The notes under the pieces are model-generated. The model had not been told where the DNA came from, ran no database searches, and saw nothing but the letters and a program-made list of their open reading frames with translations. A program made the position numbers and the translations under genes. From NCBI GenBank assembly GCA_047495785.1, contig JBLDXI010000006.1:124001-188000 (forward strand): a stretch of DNA of 64,000 nt. The letters are read 5' to 3'. Positions 60,608 to 64,000 of the stretch are shown here, piece by piece. This stretch comes from Lepidodermella squamata (lineage: Eukaryota > Animalia > Gastrotricha). The first letter of the stretch is position 1, and each line of letters starts with the position of its first letter.

Positions 60608-63600
60608 TTATTCACAATCCACTTTTGTTTTTCGGATCATCATAGCTGCTTGTTCTAGCAGCTTGCCTCCCCATTTGAAACTGCTGGTTTTATCGTTCAG
60701 GTTTGCATGGTCACCACAGTCTAAAGAAGGTGTAAATATTTGTGAAAGCAATATTTCAATATTAGAAAGAGTACCTTCGGTGAACCACCAGCCTGCCTGA
60801 TGATTCTCCGCGCACGTAGGATCATTGCGTCGGTAGTGACGATTGTAGACTGGAGTATAGTTTTCGTGTGTTCTGAATGGCTGATCCCTATGAGGCTGCA
60901 ATACATCACTATCGGGGAATTCGCCCTCGCCAATGTCGCAAGTAGATTCCCCATAGCTCATCTTGAAGCTTTCGCTCTCGCTTTTTAGGTAGAACTTCTC
61001 GTAGAATTTATACCTTATGGCCTTGTCTTCCCGAGATTCCAAGAGAATTAGTAACGAATATTTCGCCGTAGTGTCTTTTTTGTAGGTAAGTGAGTGGACG
61101 TGTTGGTTACCAAGCCAAAAGTTTGAACCAGCTACATCACCGAATCCGTTTTTGAAGTCAGCGCTAGATTTGTAGAAAGGATTTTCTTCATCAGTAGATC
61201 GGCGATGGAAAACAGTCCAGCCTCCACCTTGAGTTGTCATGTCGCAAAACACTTTCAAAGGGTAGCCTTGATCGTGATTTACATAAATCGTGTATACCCC
61301 ATCCTGCTCTCCTAATCCGAAATGCAAAATATCTTCGCAATCTGACGGCAATGTCCTCTCGCAATAGCCCCCGACATACCAGTAGCCCACTGATTTGCAA
61401 CTTACAACTTCGGAGCCGGCTACGTGGTAACCCATTTTACACTGTATTTCGCCGACTGAACCGACACAGGTCGAATTAACTGTAATCTTTCCGTTGATTA
61501 TTTTCGGAGGATTACCGCAAACACGCGGGACTTTGTGACTGATCTGCGAAACCTTGTTATCGCACGAGTCGAGCGCGTTCATCGAACATTTTCCCGAGTT
61601 CATCATCACCTGCAGCAGCAGCGGATAACCGAGGTGCTGCGCCAGGTGAAGCGCACTCAACCCGTCACGGTTCAACATTCCACATTTCGCATTAGCATTA
61701 TGCAGGAAATACGACACCAAATCACGACAGTTCCTAGCTACGGCGGCATGAAGCGGAGTTTGCCCGAAATCATCCCAAATTTCCATAACATCACTCGTTT
61801 GATTAGCTAATAAGGCGTGAACTATTTCGAGGGTTAACGTGTTGCAAGGGGTCGCGAGGTGCACGGGGGTTCGGCCAAAATTATCCTGCGATGTTATTTC
61901 GCCAGATGAATACCGAATCAACAGCTGAATCATCTCGAGATGCTGATTCGCAACTGCATCGTGAAGAGGCGTTTGACCGTAAGAATTCACAGCAGAAGTG
62001 TTGGCCAAGCTATTTTCCAACAACATCTCAGTTAGTTCCAAAATGTTATTCCTGGCACAGAGATGAAGGGGAGAATCCCGACCAGTTTTGACCTGGGCGA
62101 TGCCTTGAACCCCAGAGTTGATCAAAAGCTTAGCTATTTCAATCTTCCCTTGATCGATTGCCGCGACTAGAGCCGTCCTGTTGAATGGATCGAGCTCGGC
62201 AAAGTTGAATTGATGCAGCAGGAACATGTCGATGGCTTCAATGTTATCCGCCTCAATCGCCAATTGAATCGCATTTTGCCCAAGCTCGTTCTTTGCCGCT
62301 TTGTCAGCTCCATGGCTGATCAAATAGGTAATCAGTTCAATAGGCTTCTTCTCATAAGTCGCGACTAGGAGGGACGAAGCGCTGCCCAACTGGTTTTTCG
62401 CAGGGAAAGTAGGCCGATTAATATCGACGAACAAATTAGGCAGGCGTAGTAGGTAATCGACATAAGCCGGGTGATTGGCGAGATGAAGAGCCGAGAAGCC
62501 ACGTCGATCAACCGCGGAAGGATTCGCGCCAAATCGAAGCCGCAGCCGTTCAGCAAAATCGCGAGATGAAACCATGGAGGCGATTAGGAACGGGGTCCGG
62601 CCGAGAAAATCGCCAGTTTCGATGATGCGTTTGCTCCGTCGCCACAACATTTCGATGATTGAATCGTCTGTTTCGATAGAAGATTTATTCGAACTACTTG
62701 CTAGAACGTGTACAGCTGTTCCACCGGTTGAGTCTTGAGACAAAACATTTACCTTGGGCTGTTGCAAGAGAAGCTCAATGTACCTATGCTCAATAATTGT
62801 GAGAAGCATTACAAATGGGCTTGGAAATTGTCTTACTTTTTCTGGCGGTGAAAAGCAGCGGCATGGAAGGGACTTCCATTAGTCTTCTGTTTGCCGTAGA
62901 CACAATTTCCAATGGTCAAAGTTTCCGGAGATAATTTCTCAAGCATTTTGGTGGCGAATTCAACTGACCCACTGGCCGCTGCGATACAAGCTGGGACTTG
63001 CCCCAAGTTATCAATAGAAGTCGCATTGAACAGGTCACTGCTTGCAAAATCAGCAATATTCTGTTGAGCAGCCAAATGGGAAATCGTTAGGCCTGATCTT
63101 GTTTTCGCAGAAGCTAGCTCTTTGTCTGCATTGATCAAAGCTTTCAAGCAATCGAAATTCTTCCTTAAAACAGCTCGATGGACGATTTGGAGACCGTCTC
63201 GATCTTCATGGGTAAGATTCGCGCCATGCTTCACCAAAGTCGCAATGACATCCGCCGATTTTCCCGAATTGCAAGCGTGGAAAATTGGCGTTTCCCCAGC
63301 TGCATTCTCAGCCTCCGTTAATTCAGCAACAGGTTTCTTCAATTGAGGAGCAATTTTGAGGAGATGGTCGACCATTTCAGCCTGGCCGTTGGAGATAGCT
63401 AGATGAAGCGGCTGTTCCTCTGAACTTGCGGTCTTTGCGCTGAAATCGGCGCCCTTCAGGCTCAGGAGTTCAACTACCTTAGCCGAGCCGTAGAAGGCAG
63501 CTAGATGTAGTGGCGTAAAGCCTGTTGAATTTGCGAAATTGACCCGACCGGAAAACTGCTCATCCAGCAGCTCCTCAGTCTCAGCTGCATCATCGGCTTT

Positions 63601-63711
63601 GATTGCATTGAAGAGTTTTTTGAAGGCCTCAGCGGAAGGCTGCTTGCTATCTGCAGCAACCGATATGAATAGAGTTGCGGTAAACAAAAAGCCAAGTTTC
63701 AACATTATCAT
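60608..63711 (-). CDS. Signal peptide + long ankyrin array + Sushi + fibrinogen C-terminal (FReD) domain; introns 62836-62784 and probably 60774-60721
   Basis: Signal peptide MIMLKLGFLFTATLFISVAA, many TPLHLAA-type repeats and a CCP 'CGNPPKIINGKI...C'. FReD motifs 'VFCDMTTQGGGWTVFHRR', 'GFGD...FWLGN' and 'GWWF..C..ANLN'. A phase-2 intron joins the two ORFs. Confidence 0.9.
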
Positions 63712-64000
63712 ACTAGTGAAAAACAGCAAATGAGCGAATGGCTTTGTATCATTTTGGATACACCGATAATGAAATACAGTATAATGCTAATGAAAAACAT
63801 TCCGCAATCCCAACATCCTTAATTTCGATGAATCACCTAGCTTTGTTTTAGCGTAATGTTCGCTTCTACCCTCATAAAGTTTTTTACTTGAAAATCATTT
63901 ATCGATAGAAAATATCAATGGTGAGTGAAATTCTCGCCGTTACTTTTTACTCAGTCGGCGTTACTTTTTATTGGAAAAATCTTCTCCGCTCATAATTTTC

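Noticed and set aside
1-64000. Prokaryotic operon or defence-island interpretation, or contamination
   Set aside because: Consistent spliceosomal introns and animal-specific domains (class C GPCR, Sushi, FReD, CTLD, temptin) surround the microbial-looking genes.

Overview
This is eukaryotic, gene-dense DNA from an invertebrate animal with a compact genome. Most introns are short (45-60 nt) GT-AG introns, and many ORF-track entries are single exons or antisense shadows. I rebuilt spliced gene models by hand and found about 24 genes. They include five divergent GABA-B-like class C GPCRs (one frameshifted), a Cys-loop ion channel, a dual-specificity phosphatase, a TIR-only protein, a temptin-like protein, a C-type lectin and several small secreted Cys-rich proteins. 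Two signal-peptide proteins fuse ankyrin repeats to extracellular modules (SP-3xSushi-ANK and SP-ANKn-Sushi-fibrinogen C). There is a tandem pair of SAP/HeH-fused 2OG-Fe(II) oxygenases, a pair of His-rich 4-TM proteins with ER-retrieval tails, and microbial-type intronless genes (DUF4419 and a 170-aa orphan). Mobile DNA includes an apparently intact MULE transposon, two hAT-type MITEs each carrying a different nested MITE, a DINE-1/Helentron-like element and a LINE RT remnant. The most promising unusual systems are the secreted ankyrin-Sushi(-FReD) proteins, the SAP-oxygenase fusions and the His-rich ER membrane family. All family calls come from motif recognition by eye; no searches were run.
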